A stretch of DNA of 62,926 nucleotides, the filler included. It is 7 parts of 7 records of this genome, joined end to end, with 100 filler letters (N's around TTAATTAATTAA, not from the genome) between each part and the next. Parts side by side here need not be neighbours in the genome. Positions count along the whole stretch, not along the records: positions 49,428 to 54,656 come from SRR20825010_2693; positions 54,757 to 62,926 come from SRR20825010_2698; 5 more parts are not named here. One strand, written 5' to 3'. Below are positions 50,698-61,112 of the stretch, piece after piece; within the stretch, counting starts at the first letter, position 1; every line of letters begins with the position of its first letter. The notes beneath the pieces are model-generated. The model saw only the letters and a list, made by a program, of their open reading frames with translations. It ran no database searches and was not told the DNA's origin. Made by a program: the position numbers and the translations under genes.

Positions 50698-52164
50698 ATG
50701 ACAGACAGTGGCTTGAAACCAATCGACAACGAAGCCGATGACTTCCATGACGAATGCGGTGTGTTTGGCATCTTCGGCAAATCCGATGCGGCCGCCGTCG
50801 TAACCCTGGGCCTGCACGCGCTTCAGCACCGCGGCCAGGAAGCCGCCGGCATCGTTGCCTTCGACGGCCAGCAGTTTTCCGTCGAGCGCCATGTCGGGCT
50901 GATCGGCGACACCTTCACCAAGCGCTCGGTCATGGACCGGCTGCCCGGCGACCGCGCCATTGGCCACACCCGCTATTCCACCACCGGCGGCGAGGGCCTG
51001 CGCAACGTCCAGCCGTTCTTTGCCGAATTCGCCGGCGGCGGCTTTGCCATCGCTCACAATGGCAACATCACCAATGCGCTCACCGTGCAGCGCGAGTTGC
51101 AGAACCGCGGCTCGATCTTCTCGTCCACCTCAGACACCGAAACCATCCTGCACCTGATCGCCGTCAGCGAGAAGACCCGGATCGTGCCGAAATTCATCGA
51201 CGCGCTGTCCCGGCTCGAAGGCGCCTATTCGCTTGTCGGGCTGTCTGAAAAGAAGATGATCGGCGCCCGCGATCCGCTCGGTATCCGGCCGCTGTGCATC
51301 GGCGATCTCGATGGCGCCTATGTGCTGGCCTCGGAAACCTGCGCACTCGACATCATTGGCGCCCGCTTCGTCCGCGATGTCCAGCCCGGCGAAGTCGTGG
51401 TGATCACCGACAAGGGCATCGAGAGCCATTTCCCCTTCGAGAAGCAGTCGCCGCGCCTGTGCATCTTCGAGTATGTCTACTTCGCCCGTCCGGACTCGAC
51501 CATTGCCGACCGCAACGTCTACGAGGCGCGCAAGAAGATCGGCGAGGAACTGGCCAAGGAATGCCCGGTCGATGCCGACGTCATCATCCCGGTTCCCGAT
51601 TCGGGCACGCCGGCGGCCATCGGCTTTGCCCAGCAGGCAGGCTTGCCGTTCGAACTCGGCATCATCCGCAATCACTATGTCGGACGGACCTTCATCCAGC
51701 CGACCTCGGCCATTCGCCACATGGGCGTCAAGCTCAAGCTCAATCCCAACAAGAACATGATCGAGGGCAAGCGCGTGGTGCTGGTCGATGATTCCATCGT
51801 TCGTGGCACCACCAGCCAGAAGATCGTCAAGCTGGTGCGCGAAGCCGGCGCACGCGAAGTGCATATGCGCATCGCCTCGCCGCCGACCATGTCGTCGTGC
51901 TTCTACGGTGTCGACACCCCCGAGAAGTCCAAGCTCCTGGCCTCGCGCATGTCTGTGAGCGCCATGGCCGACTTCATCCGGGTCGACAGCCTCGGTTTCG
52001 TCTCCATCGACGGCCTCTACCGCGCCGTGCGCGAGCCGGGCCGCAATGCCGAATGCCCGCAGTTCTGCGATGCCTGCTTTACCGGCGAGTACCCGACGAC
52101 GCTCACCGACCAGGGCGATCAGGGCAATGTCCGCAGCCTGTCGCTGCTGGCCAACAACGGATAA
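50698..52164 (+). CDS. purF: Amidophosphoribosyltransferase
   Basis: 'ECGVFG', 'LQHRGQE', 'GHTRYST', 'VDDSIVRGTT'. Confidence 0.98.
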   Translation: MTDSGLKPIDNEADDFHDECGVFGIFGKSDAAAVVTLGLHALQHRGQEAAGIVAFDGQQFSVERHVGLIGDTFTKRSVMDRLPGDRAIGHTRYSTTGGEGLRNVQPFFAEFAGGGFAIAHNGNITNALTVQRELQNRGSIFSSTSDTETILHLIAVSEKTRIVPKFIDALSRLEGAYSLVGLSEKKMIGARDPLGIRPLCIGDLDGAYVLASETCALDIIGARFVRDVQPGEVVVITDKGIESHFPFEKQSPRLCIFEYVYFARPDSTIADRNVYEARKKIGEELAKECPVDADVIIPVPDSGTPAAIGFAQQAGLPFELGIIRNHYVGRTFIQPTSAIRHMGVKLKLNPNKNMIEGKRVVLVDDSIVRGTTSQKIVKLVREAGAREVHMRIASPPTMSSCFYGVDTPEKSKLLASRMSVSAMADFIRVDSLGFVSIDGLYRAVREPGRNAECPQFCDACFTGEYPTTLTDQGDQGNVRSLSLLANNG

Positions 52165-52172
52165 TTATCTGC

Positions 52173-52910
52173 ATGACTTCTCTTCAAGGACGCATCGCGC
52201 TCGTCACCGGCGCTTCCCGGGGCATTGGCTATTTCACCGCGCTGGCGCTGGCCAGGCAGGGCGCGCACGTGATCGCCGTGGCCCGCACCACCGGCGGCCT
52301 TGAGGAACTCGATGACACCATCCAGGCAGAGGGCGGCAGCGCCACGCTGGTTCCCATGGACCTGACCGACATGCCGGCCATCGACCGGCTCGGCGGCGCC
52401 ATCAACGACCGCTGGGGCAAGCTCGACATCCTCGTCGCCAATGCCGGCGTGCTCGGCACCATTTCCCCCGTCGCCCATGTCGAGGCCAAGGTGTTCGACA
52501 AGGTCATGGCGGTCAACGTCACCGCCACCTGGCGGGTGATCCGCTCGGTCGAGCCGCTGCTGATCAAGTCCGACGCCGGCCGCGCGCTGATCCTGTCGTC
52601 CGGCGTCGCCCACTCCGCGCGCGCCTTCTGGGGCCCTTACGCGGCCTCCAAGGCCGCCGTCGAGACCCTGGCCCGGGTCTGGGCCGCGGAAATGGAAAAG
52701 ACCGCGCTCAAGGTCAATTCCATCGATCCGGGCGCCACCCGAACGGCGATGCGGGCGCAGGCCATGCCGGGCGAAAACCCCGACACCCTGCCCCACCCGT
52801 CCGAAGTTGCAGTGAAGCTGGTGCCGCTGTGCGGCCCGGATTGCAGCGAGACCGGCAAGCTGTTCCGGGTCACCGAGAACCGCTTCTTCGATTACCGCCT
52901 GCCTGAATAA
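52173..52910 (+). CDS. SDR family oxidoreductase (YciK-like)
   Basis: 'TGASRGIG', 'NAG', 'YAASK'. Confidence 0.93.
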   Translation: MTSLQGRIALVTGASRGIGYFTALALARQGAHVIAVARTTGGLEELDDTIQAEGGSATLVPMDLTDMPAIDRLGGAINDRWGKLDILVANAGVLGTISPVAHVEAKVFDKVMAVNVTATWRVIRSVEPLLIKSDAGRALILSSGVAHSARAFWGPYAASKAAVETLARVWAAEMEKTALKVNSIDPGATRTAMRAQAMPGENPDTLPHPSEVAVKLVPLCGPDCSETGKLFRVTENRFFDYRLPE

Positions 52911-53046
52911 CGGCAGCGTTCCCTCCACCGAACCATCAAATCTGTTTCATTCGCGCAAGATCGGTTCTAGGCTTGCGGGCGGGAGCTTTCGCCCGGTTAT
53001 GGAGTGAACCACCTTCATGGACCGGCGGGCATGGAGGAGGTTGTTC

Positions 53047-54656
53047 ATGGCGGGCTTTGCGGTAACGCTGGTCATCATAGTGCTGGGAGCCGGCTTGCTG
53101 GCAGCTCTCAAGGTAGCGCGTCAACGCCATTCCGGGCTGGCGCAGGCCATCGCCCTGGTCAAGCTCCGGACACTCTTCCGGCTTCGCCTTCCGGATCAGC
53201 AAACGGGCTCCACCCCGCACGGTCCCGTTGTCCACGTCTACCCGCGCCAGTCTGGCCTTGACGCCGCCGTTCTCTGGGCGGTTCTCGACCGGAACTGCCT
53301 GCATGTGCTGCACCCGGACGACCAGCGCTCGCTGATCCTGTTCGGCATGCGCCTGTTCGCCCGCACCGCGCATGAAGGAGACACGGCCGCGATCGAAGCC
53401 GCTCTGGCCGACGGCCAGCCGGTCTGCGTGCCCTGCCCCGCCGATGCCGAGCCCGCCCCCGAGGCACTGGCGGCCTACAGGGCCCTGTCGGCGCTCGCGC
53501 GCAAGCACGGTGCTGTGATGCGCGCCATGCATGTTCGCGGCTCGCGGTTTTCCCTATGGTCGGCCTATCCGCGATCCGAGGCGCCGCGGCATCTGTTGCC
53601 GCAGCTGAAACTGGCGCAATCGGGCCTGCTCGATTTCGACGACATCAGCCCGGCCAGCAATGGTGCGACCGCGCCGCGCGACGAGGACCGGGTGCACGAC
53701 CTGCTGGCCGAGGCGCGTCTTGCCAGCAACGATCTCGAGCGCGGCCTGTTCCTGGCGTTTCGCGACGCCGCCGACCGCTATGGCAAGGCGGGCGCCGTGC
53801 TCGAGGACGCGCTCGGCGGCAAGCTGACCTACAAGCAGATGCTGATCGGCGCCCGGGTGCTGGGCGCGAGGTTCGCCGCACTCAGCCAGCCCGGCGAGGC
53901 GCTGGGCGTCATGCTGCCCAACGCCAATGCGGCAATCGTCACCTTCCTGGCGCTGCAATCCGCCGGGCGGGTCGCGGCCATGCTCAATTACACCGCCGGC
54001 CCCGCAGCCCTGGTCTCGGCCCTGTCGACGGCGAAGATCCGCACCGTGCTCGCCAGCCGCGCCTTTGTCGAAAAGGCTGGCCTCGAGGCACAGGTTGCCG
54101 CCATCGAGAAGGCCGGCGTCACCATCATCTGGCTCGAGGAGCTGCGCGAAAGCGTCTCCCGGAAGGAAAAGGCAGGCGCTTTCCTCAACTGGCGCAGGCC
54201 GCTGCGGCCGGTTGAAGCCGGCGATCCCGCCGTGATCCTGTTCACCTCCGGCTCCGAGGGCACGCCCAAGGGCGTCGTGCTGTCCCATCGCAACATCCAC
54301 GCCAATGCGGCGCAGGCCGAGGCCCGCATCGACATCTCGGTCAGGGACAAGCTGTTCAACGTGCTGCCGGTGTTCCATTGCTTCGGCCTGACCGGCGGCG
54401 CCATCCTGCCGCTGCTTTACGGCGTCCGGCTCTTCCTCTACCCCTCGCCGCTGCACTACCGGATCATCCCGGCGGTGGCGCGCGAGGTCAAACCCTCGAT
54501 CATGTTCGGCACCGACACGTTCCTCGCCGGCTATGCCCGCACCGCCAAGGACACGGATTTTTCAAGCCTGAGGCTGATCGTGGCGGGCGCGGAAGCGGTC
54601 CGCGCCGAGACAAGGCGGATCTACCGGGAGCGGTTCGGCGCCACCATCATAGAGGG
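53047..54656 (+). CDS. Aas-like acyl-ACP synthetase/AMP-binding protein with a degenerate acyltransferase domain, 3' truncated
   Basis: 'AMLNYTAG', 'ILFTSGSEGTPKGVVLSHRN', 'LPVFHCFGL', 'YPSPLHY', 'GTDTFL'. GGAGGAGG precedes ATG 53047. Confidence 0.88.
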
Positions 54657-54756
54657 NNNNNNNNNNNNNNNNNNNNNNNNNNNNNNNNNNNNNNNNNNNN
54701 TTAATTAATTAANNNNNNNNNNNNNNNNNNNNNNNNNNNNNNNNNNNNNNNNNNNN
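54657..54756. other. Artificial contig spacer
   Basis: 44 N + TTAATTAATTAA + 44 N. Confidence 0.99.
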
Positions 54757-54758
54757 TG

Positions 54759-55784
54759 GGCGCCGGTGCGCGCTGGAGTGAGGTTGCGGCAAAGCTCGGC
54801 GAGCATGGGCTGGCAATGAGTTCGGGCGATTATGGCGGCGTCGGGGTTGGCGGGCTCGCAACGGCGGGCGGGCTGGGTTATCTGGCGCGCAAGTTCGGGC
54901 TGACCATCGATCATGTGGTGGCCGCGGAGATTGTTTTGGCCGATGGGCGGATCGTGCGGGCGGACAAGGACAATGAGCCCGATTTGCTGTGGGCCATTCG
55001 CGGCGCTGGCGGCAATTTCGGCGTCGTTACGTCATTCGAGCTTGAAGCCTATCCCCTGGGCAATGTGATCCAGGCCGTTCAGGTGTTCGATGGCAGCGAT
55101 ATGGCGGGCGTTCTCGAGCGCTGGGGCGCGCTGGCCGAGGCATCGCCGCGCGAGTTGACCAGCTTTCTCATGGCGGTGCCCGGACGGGCCGACCAGGGGC
55201 CGCTGGCCCAGGCGATCAGCGTTTATGCAGGCGAGGATGCCGATGCGGCGGCCGAGGCGATCAATGCTTTGGGCGAAGCCGGGCCGATTCTCGATCAGCG
55301 GGCATATCTCACGCCCTATGCCGGCGTTGTGGCCCATCCGGGCGGTGAGCATCGCGGGGGGAGCGCTGTGATCCGGTCGGGGCTGGTTGACCACATCACG
55401 CCCGAAGTCGCGGCGCGGGCGAACGGGCTGCTGGCCTCGGGGGCGGCCAATCTGTTGCAGATCAGATCGGTGGGCGGAGCCGTCAACGATGTTGCGGCTG
55501 ACGCCATGGCCTATCCGCACCGGACGCAGAATTTTTCGCTGACTGCTGCCAGCAGTCGCGGGCGGGCGGAACTGCTCGATGGGCAATGGGGCGACCTTCG
55601 GCCACTGCTCAAGGGCATGTATCTCAATTTCGAGACCGACACACATCCAGACAGGCTGGTCGAGGCGTTTCCCGAGCCCACATTGTCACGATTGCGGGCG
55701 CTGAAACGGCGCTATGACCCTGACAATGTGTTCAATCTGAACTTTGCAATTGAACCCCAGGAGAGCATTCGCGCCGCCTCATGA
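54759..55784 (+). CDS. FAD-binding oxidoreductase (berberine-bridge-like), 5' truncated
   Basis: 'VGVGGLATAGGLG', 'GLTID', 'DLLWAIRGAGGNFGVVT', 'YLNF', 'LKRRYDPDNVF'. Confidence 0.92.
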   Translation, partial: GAGARWSEVAAKLGEHGLAMSSGDYGGVGVGGLATAGGLGYLARKFGLTIDHVVAAEIVLADGRIVRADKDNEPDLLWAIRGAGGNFGVVTSFELEAYPLGNVIQAVQVFDGSDMAGVLERWGALAEASPRELTSFLMAVPGRADQGPLAQAISVYAGEDADAAAEAINALGEAGPILDQRAYLTPYAGVVAHPGGEHRGGSAVIRSGLVDHITPEVAARANGLLASGAANLLQIRSVGGAVNDVAADAMAYPHRTQNFSLTAASSRGRAELLDGQWGDLRPLLKGMYLNFETDTHPDRLVEAFPEPTLSRLRALKRRYDPDNVFNLNFAIEPQESIRAAS

Positions 55785-55787
55785 GGG

Positions 55788-57119
55788 TCAGGCGACGCGC
55801 GAGCGATTGGCTCCCGTGAGAAGAGACTGGAAGGCACGGTAGGACGATTTGGGCGTGCGTTTCTGGGTCTTGTAGTCGACGTGAACCAGCCCGAAGCGCT
55901 TGTCATAACCTTCGGCCCATTCGTAATTGTCGAGCAGGGACCAGCCGAAATAGCCCCGCACGTCAGCGCCGCGTCTTTGCGCGGCGAGGACGGCGCCCAG
56001 ATGGCCGTCGTAATAAGCGATGCGACGCGGATCGTCGGTGCCCTCGATCTCGGCCATGCCGTTTTCAGTCACATAAAGCGGGATGTCGGTATAATCGGCG
56101 GCGATGCGGGTGAGGATTTCCTCTAGACCTTCGGGGAAGATTTCCCAGCCGATGGCCGTCTTTTCGAGGGGGCCATCAACCTTGCGCAGCGGGAAGGCGC
56201 CGCGTTCGGGAGCGTGCTCGTAAAGGCCGCGGGTGTAGTAATTGACGCCGAACCAATCGAGAGGCGTTGAAACCACCGCCATATCGTCGGCGAAATCATC
56301 GGGCATGTGGGGCGCGAAATGAGCGAGGACGTCGGCAGGGTATTTGCCCTTGAACAATCCGTCGAGATACCAGCGGTTGAAGATACCGTCCCAAAGGCGC
56401 GCGGCGCCCATATCCTCGGGCTTGCCGGTGGCGCCCTGGGCGACTTCGAAATTGCAAACGATACCGAGGTTCTTGCCGCCTTCGGCGCGCATGGCGTTGA
56501 TAGCCGTGCCGTGGGCCAGGAGCACATGATGAGAGGCACGGGCCGCGGCGCGGATGTCGCGATAGCCCGGCGCGTGGGCGCCGAGCATGTGGGACAGGAA
56601 GGCGACGCACCATGGCTCGTTAATGGTGGCCGTTGTTTCGAGCCGGTCGCCGAAATTTTTCTGGATCAACACGGCGTAGTCGGCGAACCAGTTGGCGATA
56701 TCGCGATTGAGCCAACCGCCCCTGTCCTGCAGCGCACTGGGCAGATCCCAATGGTAGAGCGTTGCGAAGGGTTTAAGGCCCCGCTCGAGCATGCCGTCAA
56801 TGAGCCGGTCGTAAAAATCGATACCCTTTTGATTGACCGCGCCTATGCCCTCGGGGATCAGGCGGGGCCAGGCGAAGGAAAAGCGATAAGCGTCGAACCC
56901 GCCATTGGCCAGCAGGTCTAGGTCTTCGGGCCAGCGATTGTAATGATCGCAGGCGATCTTGCCGGTTTCGCTGTTGTGAACATTGCCGGGCGTGGCCGAA
57001 AACGTATCCCAGATGGCAGACCCGCGGCCATCAGTCTGGCCGCCCTCGATCTGATAGGCGGCCGTGGCCGCGCCAAACAGGAAATTCTCGCCGAAATCGG
57101 CGCGTTTATGGCTGAACAT
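55788..57119 (-). CDS. Beta-glucosidase, glycoside hydrolase family 1
   Basis: 'FGAATAAYQIEG', 'TLYHWDLP', 'TINEP', 'VTENG', 'WSLLDNYEWAEGY'. Confidence 0.96.
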   Translation of the reverse strand: MFSHKRADFGENFLFGAATAAYQIEGGQTDGRGSAIWDTFSATPGNVHNSETGKIACDHYNRWPEDLDLLANGGFDAYRFSFAWPRLIPEGIGAVNQKGIDFYDRLIDGMLERGLKPFATLYHWDLPSALQDRGGWLNRDIANWFADYAVLIQKNFGDRLETTATINEPWCVAFLSHMLGAHAPGYRDIRAAARASHHVLLAHGTAINAMRAEGGKNLGIVCNFEVAQGATGKPEDMGAARLWDGIFNRWYLDGLFKGKYPADVLAHFAPHMPDDFADDMAVVSTPLDWFGVNYYTRGLYEHAPERGAFPLRKVDGPLEKTAIGWEIFPEGLEEILTRIAADYTDIPLYVTENGMAEIEGTDDPRRIAYYDGHLGAVLAAQRRGADVRGYFGWSLLDNYEWAEGYDKRFGLVHVDYKTQKRTPKSSYRAFQSLLTGANRSRVA

Positions 57120-57148
57120 TGTCGGCTCTCCGCCCAGAGTGCGATTTT

Positions 57149-57162
57149 TGTAATCGGTTACA
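57149..57162. promoter_or_regulatory. LacI-family-like operator upstream of the beta-glucosidase
   Basis: TGTAATCGGTTACA, a 12/14 palindrome with a central CG, 30 bp before the ATG. Confidence 0.65.
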
Positions 57163-57218
57163 TTATGGTTATCAGCGTTTTTCGCCCTTGTCATCATCGA
57201 GAACCGAGACAATCGATG

Positions 57219-58298
57219 TCAGCCTATTTTTGCTCTCGATAAAGTCGCGGCAAGCCGCTCGGCAATGGCGAGGAACGCCTGCGCGTCGGGACCGTCTCCA
57301 GAGGACACGGCGGGTTTTCCGGCATCGGCGCCCTCGCGGATCGACATGACCAGGGGGATTTCACCGAGGAACGGGATGCCCATGTCCCCTGCTGCGGCTT
57401 TTGCACCGCCATGGCCGAAAATGTCGTAGCGGTTGCCGGTATCGGGCGCGATGAAATAGCTCATGTTTTCGACAATGCCGAGCACGGGGACGTTTGTCCT
57501 GGCGAGCATGTCGATGGCCTTTTTCGCATCGATCAGCGCCAGATCCTGTGGCGTTGAAATGATCACCGCGCCGGCCAGTTCGACCTGTTGAACGAGTGAA
57601 ATCTGGATGTCGCCGGTTCCGGGAGGCAGATCGACGACGAGAACGTCGAGCTGGCCCCAATCGGTCTCACGCAGCAATTGGCGGAGCGCCGACGTTGCCA
57701 TGGGACCGCGCCAGACTACCGCTTGCGTACCGGTGAGCATGGGACCGATGGACATGGCTTTGAGGCCATAAACTTCAAACGGCTTGAAAATGCCGTCGTC
57801 GCGGACAGCGGGCTTGCCTTCGATACCGAGCAATTTTGGCAGGGACGGACCGTAAAGATCGGCGTCGAGAATACCCACCTTGAGGCCCTGCCGGACAAGG
57901 CCCAGAGCGATATTGACCGCACATGTGGACTTACCGACACCGCCCTTGCCCGAGCCAACGGCAACGATGTGTTTGATGCCGGGAACGGCGGATTTGGGGG
58001 GCGGGCCGGGGCGCGGTGCAGCGCCTTTTGGCGCGGCCTGGGCCGGAGCCTTGTCGCCGGTTAGCGAGACCATGACCTTGCGGCCCTCGGCAGCCTGGTG
58101 GGCGGCCTGTTCGGCTGCCGTGCGAGCCGGGGCAAAGGCCGTTTCCATGCCCGGCGACACGGAGATGGCAAACGCCACTGCGCCCTTGGTAACGATGATG
58201 TCGGACAGACCGGGGAATTCGGCAAGCGAAGACCCGCCGGGCACTTCTATGGTGCCCAGCGCGTCCTGGATTTTCTTGCGGACATCATCCTCGGTCAA
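57219..58298 (-). CDS. Mrp/ApbC (NBP35 family) Fe-S cluster carrier ATPase
   Basis: 'GSGKGGVGKST', 'DADLYGPS', 'WRGPM', 'DLPPGTGD', 'ENMSYF'. Confidence 0.95.
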   Translation of the reverse strand: MTEDDVRKKIQDALGTIEVPGGSSLAEFPGLSDIIVTKGAVAFAISVSPGMETAFAPARTAAEQAAHQAAEGRKVMVSLTGDKAPAQAAPKGAAPRPGPPPKSAVPGIKHIVAVGSGKGGVGKSTCAVNIALGLVRQGLKVGILDADLYGPSLPKLLGIEGKPAVRDDGIFKPFEVYGLKAMSIGPMLTGTQAVVWRGPMATSALRQLLRETDWGQLDVLVVDLPPGTGDIQISLVQQVELAGAVIISTPQDLALIDAKKAIDMLARTNVPVLGIVENMSYFIAPDTGNRYDIFGHGGAKAAAGDMGIPFLGEIPLVMSIREGADAGKPAVSSGDGPDAQAFLAIAERLAATLSRAKIG

Positions 58299-58305
58299 GT
58301 CGGGC

Positions 58306-58962
58306 TCAAATGATCGACTGGCCCGTGGACTTCCAATCCTTGACGAAAGCGTCGAGGCCCTTGTCGGTCAAGGGATGATCGGCAAGCTTTTTGAGCACGC
58401 CCGGCGGAATGGTCGCCACATCGGAACCGGCCAGAGCGGCGTCGGAAACGTGGTTGGGCGAGCGGATCGAGGCGGCCAGGATCTGGGTGTCGAAACCGTA
58501 ATTGTCGTAGATCACCCGGATATCGGCGATGAGCTGCATGCCATCGAGATTGATGTCATCGAGACGGCCCAGGAACGGCGAGATGTAGGTGGCGCCGACC
58601 TTGGCGGCCAGCAGGGCCTGATTGGCCGAAAAGCACAGCGTGACGTTGGTCTTGATGCCGCGGTCGGACAGAGTCTTGCAGGCCTTCAGTCCGGCCAGAG
58701 TGAGCGGAACCTTGATGACGACGTTGTCGGCGATCTTGCTCAGCACATCGGCCTCGGCCATCATGCCGTCATAGTCCGTGGCGGCAACTTCTGCGGAAAC
58801 CGGCAGGCCCGGCAACAGATCGCAGATTTCCTTGACCACTTCCTTGAAATCGCGGCCCGACTTGGCCACCAGCGACGGGTTGGTGGTGACGCCGTCGAGC
58901 AGGCCTGCATCATGCAGTTCCCGGATTTCGCTTATGTCGGCGGTGTCGACGAAAAACTTCAT
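58306..58962 (-). CDS. tal: Transaldolase / fructose-6-phosphate aldolase (small Tal family)
   Basis: 'MKFFVDTA', 'GVTTNPSL', 'VIKVP', 'TNVTLCFS', '[10 protein letters not shown]', 'AASIR'. Confidence 0.93.
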   Translation of the reverse strand: MKFFVDTADISEIRELHDAGLLDGVTTNPSLVAKSGRDFKEVVKEICDLLPGLPVSAEVAATDYDGMMAEADVLSKIADNVVIKVPLTLAGLKACKTLSDRGIKTNVTLCFSANQALLAAKVGATYISPFLGRLDDINLDGMQLIADIRVIYDNYGFDTQILAASIRSPNHVSDAALAGSDVATIPPGVLKKLADHPLTDKGLDAFVKDWKSTGQSII

Positions 58963-59044
58963 TTTCTCCCCCTTGGGATAATACTTTGGTCTAATGACCA
59001 AGGTGTAGCATGGAATGGCTGTGCCGCAATAATGGCGTCAGGTT

Positions 59045-60229
59045 TTATCGGGTTGCGCCAACGATGGCATCGGCCAGGCGCTGGATGCGTTCGTCAGCCA
59101 GGCCGGCGATGTTTATGCGGCTGTCATCCAACATATAGACAGCATTTTCGGCTTTTAAATGGTCGACGGTCTCAACTTTGAGTCCCAAAAGCGAAAACAT
59201 GCCACGATGCTCGGCAACGAAATCGAAGTCCGAGCTGTTGGAGCGCGACCGGATCGCATCGGCCAGGGCCTGGCGGTTGGCGATCATGCGGTTGCGCATG
59301 GCCTCAAGCTCGGCCTTCCACTCGGCCCGCAATTCCGCATCGTCGAGAATGATACGCACGATCTCCGCGCCGTGATCGGGCGGCTGGGAATAGGCGCCGC
59401 GAATGACGTTGAGCATCTGTGAATTGGCAATGTCGGCCTGAGCCGCGTCCTTGCCCACTACGATGGCGCAGCCGACACGCTCGCGATAGATGCCGAAATT
59501 TTTCGAGCAGCTCGTCGCGCAGACAAATTCGTCGATTTCAGCCGCCAACGCGCGCAGACCGTACGCGTCTTCGTCCAATCCGTCGCCGAACCCCTGATAG
59601 GCCATGTCGACGAGCGGGAAGGCTCCGGTACGCTTGAGAGATGCAATGACCTTGTGCCACTGGTCGTGGTCGAGATTGGCGCCCGTGGGATTGTGGCAGC
59701 AGCCATGGAGCAGGACGATATCGTTCTTGCCCAGGCTATCGAGTTTGGAGAGCATATCGGCGAACCGGACCTTGCCGGTTTCCGGGTCGAAATAGGGGTA
59801 GGCCTCGACCTTAAAGCCAGCCTGTTCGGCCATGGGCTTGTGGTTGGGCCATGAGGGATCGGAAATCCAAACGGTCGCGCCGGGGTTGGCGCGCTTCAAA
59901 AGCGTCAGCAGCACCCAAAGGGCACCGGTGCCGCCCGGTGCCTGTGCGGCGCGAACAAGGTCGTCGGGTACCGCGCCATCGAGCGCGAGATTGACCATGG
60001 CCCTGGCAAACCCCTTGTTGCCGGCCACCCCGATATAGGACTTGGTTTTCGAGGTGGAAACGATCCGCTCCTCGGCTTTTCTGACGGCGCTCATGATGGG
60101 GGTATTGCCCTCGTCGTCCTTATAGACGCCGATGCCGAGGTCGATCTTGCCGGGCCGGTCGTCGGCGGCAATTTCGGCCATCAGTGCAAAAATCTTGTCC
60201 TGGGGTGCCTTGGAAAGGGTCTCGAACAT
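59045..60229 (-). CDS. Aspartate/aromatic amino acid aminotransferase (AspC/TyrB)
   Basis: 'DLGIGVYKD', 'PGGTGAL', 'HGCCHNPTG', 'DMAYQGFG', 'SCSKNFGIYRERVG'. Confidence 0.95.
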   Translation of the reverse strand: MFETLSKAPQDKIFALMAEIAADDRPGKIDLGIGVYKDDEGNTPIMSAVRKAEERIVSTSKTKSYIGVAGNKGFARAMVNLALDGAVPDDLVRAAQAPGGTGALWVLLTLLKRANPGATVWISDPSWPNHKPMAEQAGFKVEAYPYFDPETGKVRFADMLSKLDSLGKNDIVLLHGCCHNPTGANLDHDQWHKVIASLKRTGAFPLVDMAYQGFGDGLDEDAYGLRALAAEIDEFVCATSCSKNFGIYRERVGCAIVVGKDAAQADIANSQMLNVIRGAYSQPPDHGAEIVRIILDDAELRAEWKAELEAMRNRMIANRQALADAIRSRSNSSDFDFVAEHRGMFSLLGLKVETVDHLKAENAVYMLDDSRINIAGLADERIQRLADAIVGATR

Positions 60230-60363
60230 TCTCGCTCTCGAGCTTGGATAGGGAAACGGCGCGCGGCCTTTATAGTTTCCCCCGGCGCTAATGCAATGGC
60301 CGGGGGTAACCAAGTGGGGGAATGGTTTTGCGAAATATGACCAGGGCCGGGATTGGCATTCGG

Positions 60364-61005
60364 TCAGAGCGGGGGAGAGGACGGAACCGTTACAAAGACA
60401 TCGTAACGCGTGGTCTTGCCCGCTATCTGATGGCTGGGCTTGCGCAGACCCTCTATCGATGCGGCGCGTTGGGGCCATTTGAGGACGACGCGATGTGTTG
60501 CGGCAGCAAGCGCTGCTTCCATAAGTTCGCGCGCATCGGGATCGGCGCCGACAACATCGCGAAGATCGCGCATCTGCTTTTTGACCAGCGCTGATTTGGT
60601 ACGCTCGGGGTGCATGGGATCGACCAACACAACTTCGGGCGCAAGCGTTTGCAGAAGGTCGCGGGAATCGCCGCGGAGCAGCGTCATGCGCGCAATGATG
60701 GCGGCGAGGTCTTCGCTGTGGTCGCAGGCGGCGTTCATGGCGCGATCGAGGGCGGCGTGGACCTGGGGGTTGCGCTCAATGAGGGTGACCTGGGCACCAA
60801 GCGAGGCGAGGAAAAACGCGTCGCGCCCCATGCCGGCGGTCGCGTCCACGATGGTTGGCAGCGCCCCTTTTGCCATGCCGCAGGCCCGCGGCAGGGGTTG
60901 CCCCCTGCCCTCGCCACTGCGCAGACGGAAACCGACGGCGCCGCCGACAAAGTCGATCACTATTGGCGATGAGGCAGGATCAACGTCTGGCATCTCGAGG
61001 TCCAA
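60364..61005 (-). CDS. rsmJ: 16S rRNA m2G1516 methyltransferase, RsmJ-like
   Basis: 'VDATAGMGRDAF', 'IERNP', 'DPMHP', 'KSALVKK', 'RVVLK', 'TRYDVF'. The start is uncertain. Confidence 0.88.
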   Translation of the reverse strand: MDLEMPDVDPASSPIVIDFVGGAVGFRLRSGEGRGQPLPRACGMAKGALPTIVDATAGMGRDAFFLASLGAQVTLIERNPQVHAALDRAMNAACDHSEDLAAIIARMTLLRGDSRDLLQTLAPEVVLVDPMHPERTKSALVKKQMRDLRDVVGADPDARELMEAALAAATHRVVLKWPQRAASIEGLRKPSHQIAGKTTRYDVFVTVPSSPPL

Positions 61006-61112
61006 TTCTGTAAAGGGGGATAGCCTCCTGCCCCGCCAGAGACAAGAGACGTTGACGCCGCGTGCCGCGACGCAGACAGTAGACGCTTCACATATCGCCT
61101 CCAGGTTTTCCC

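Noticed and set aside
8667-54756. Recurrent TTAATTAATTAA motif as a biological repeat or CRISPR-like array
   Set aside because: It is always centred in exactly 88 Ns and cuts genes, so it is an artificial all-frame-stop linker. ORFs ending in 'XXXLIN' are artefacts of it.
60230-60478. 83-aa N-terminal extension of the aminotransferase
   Set aside because: It overlaps the end of rsmJ, and family similarity starts at MFETL (60229).
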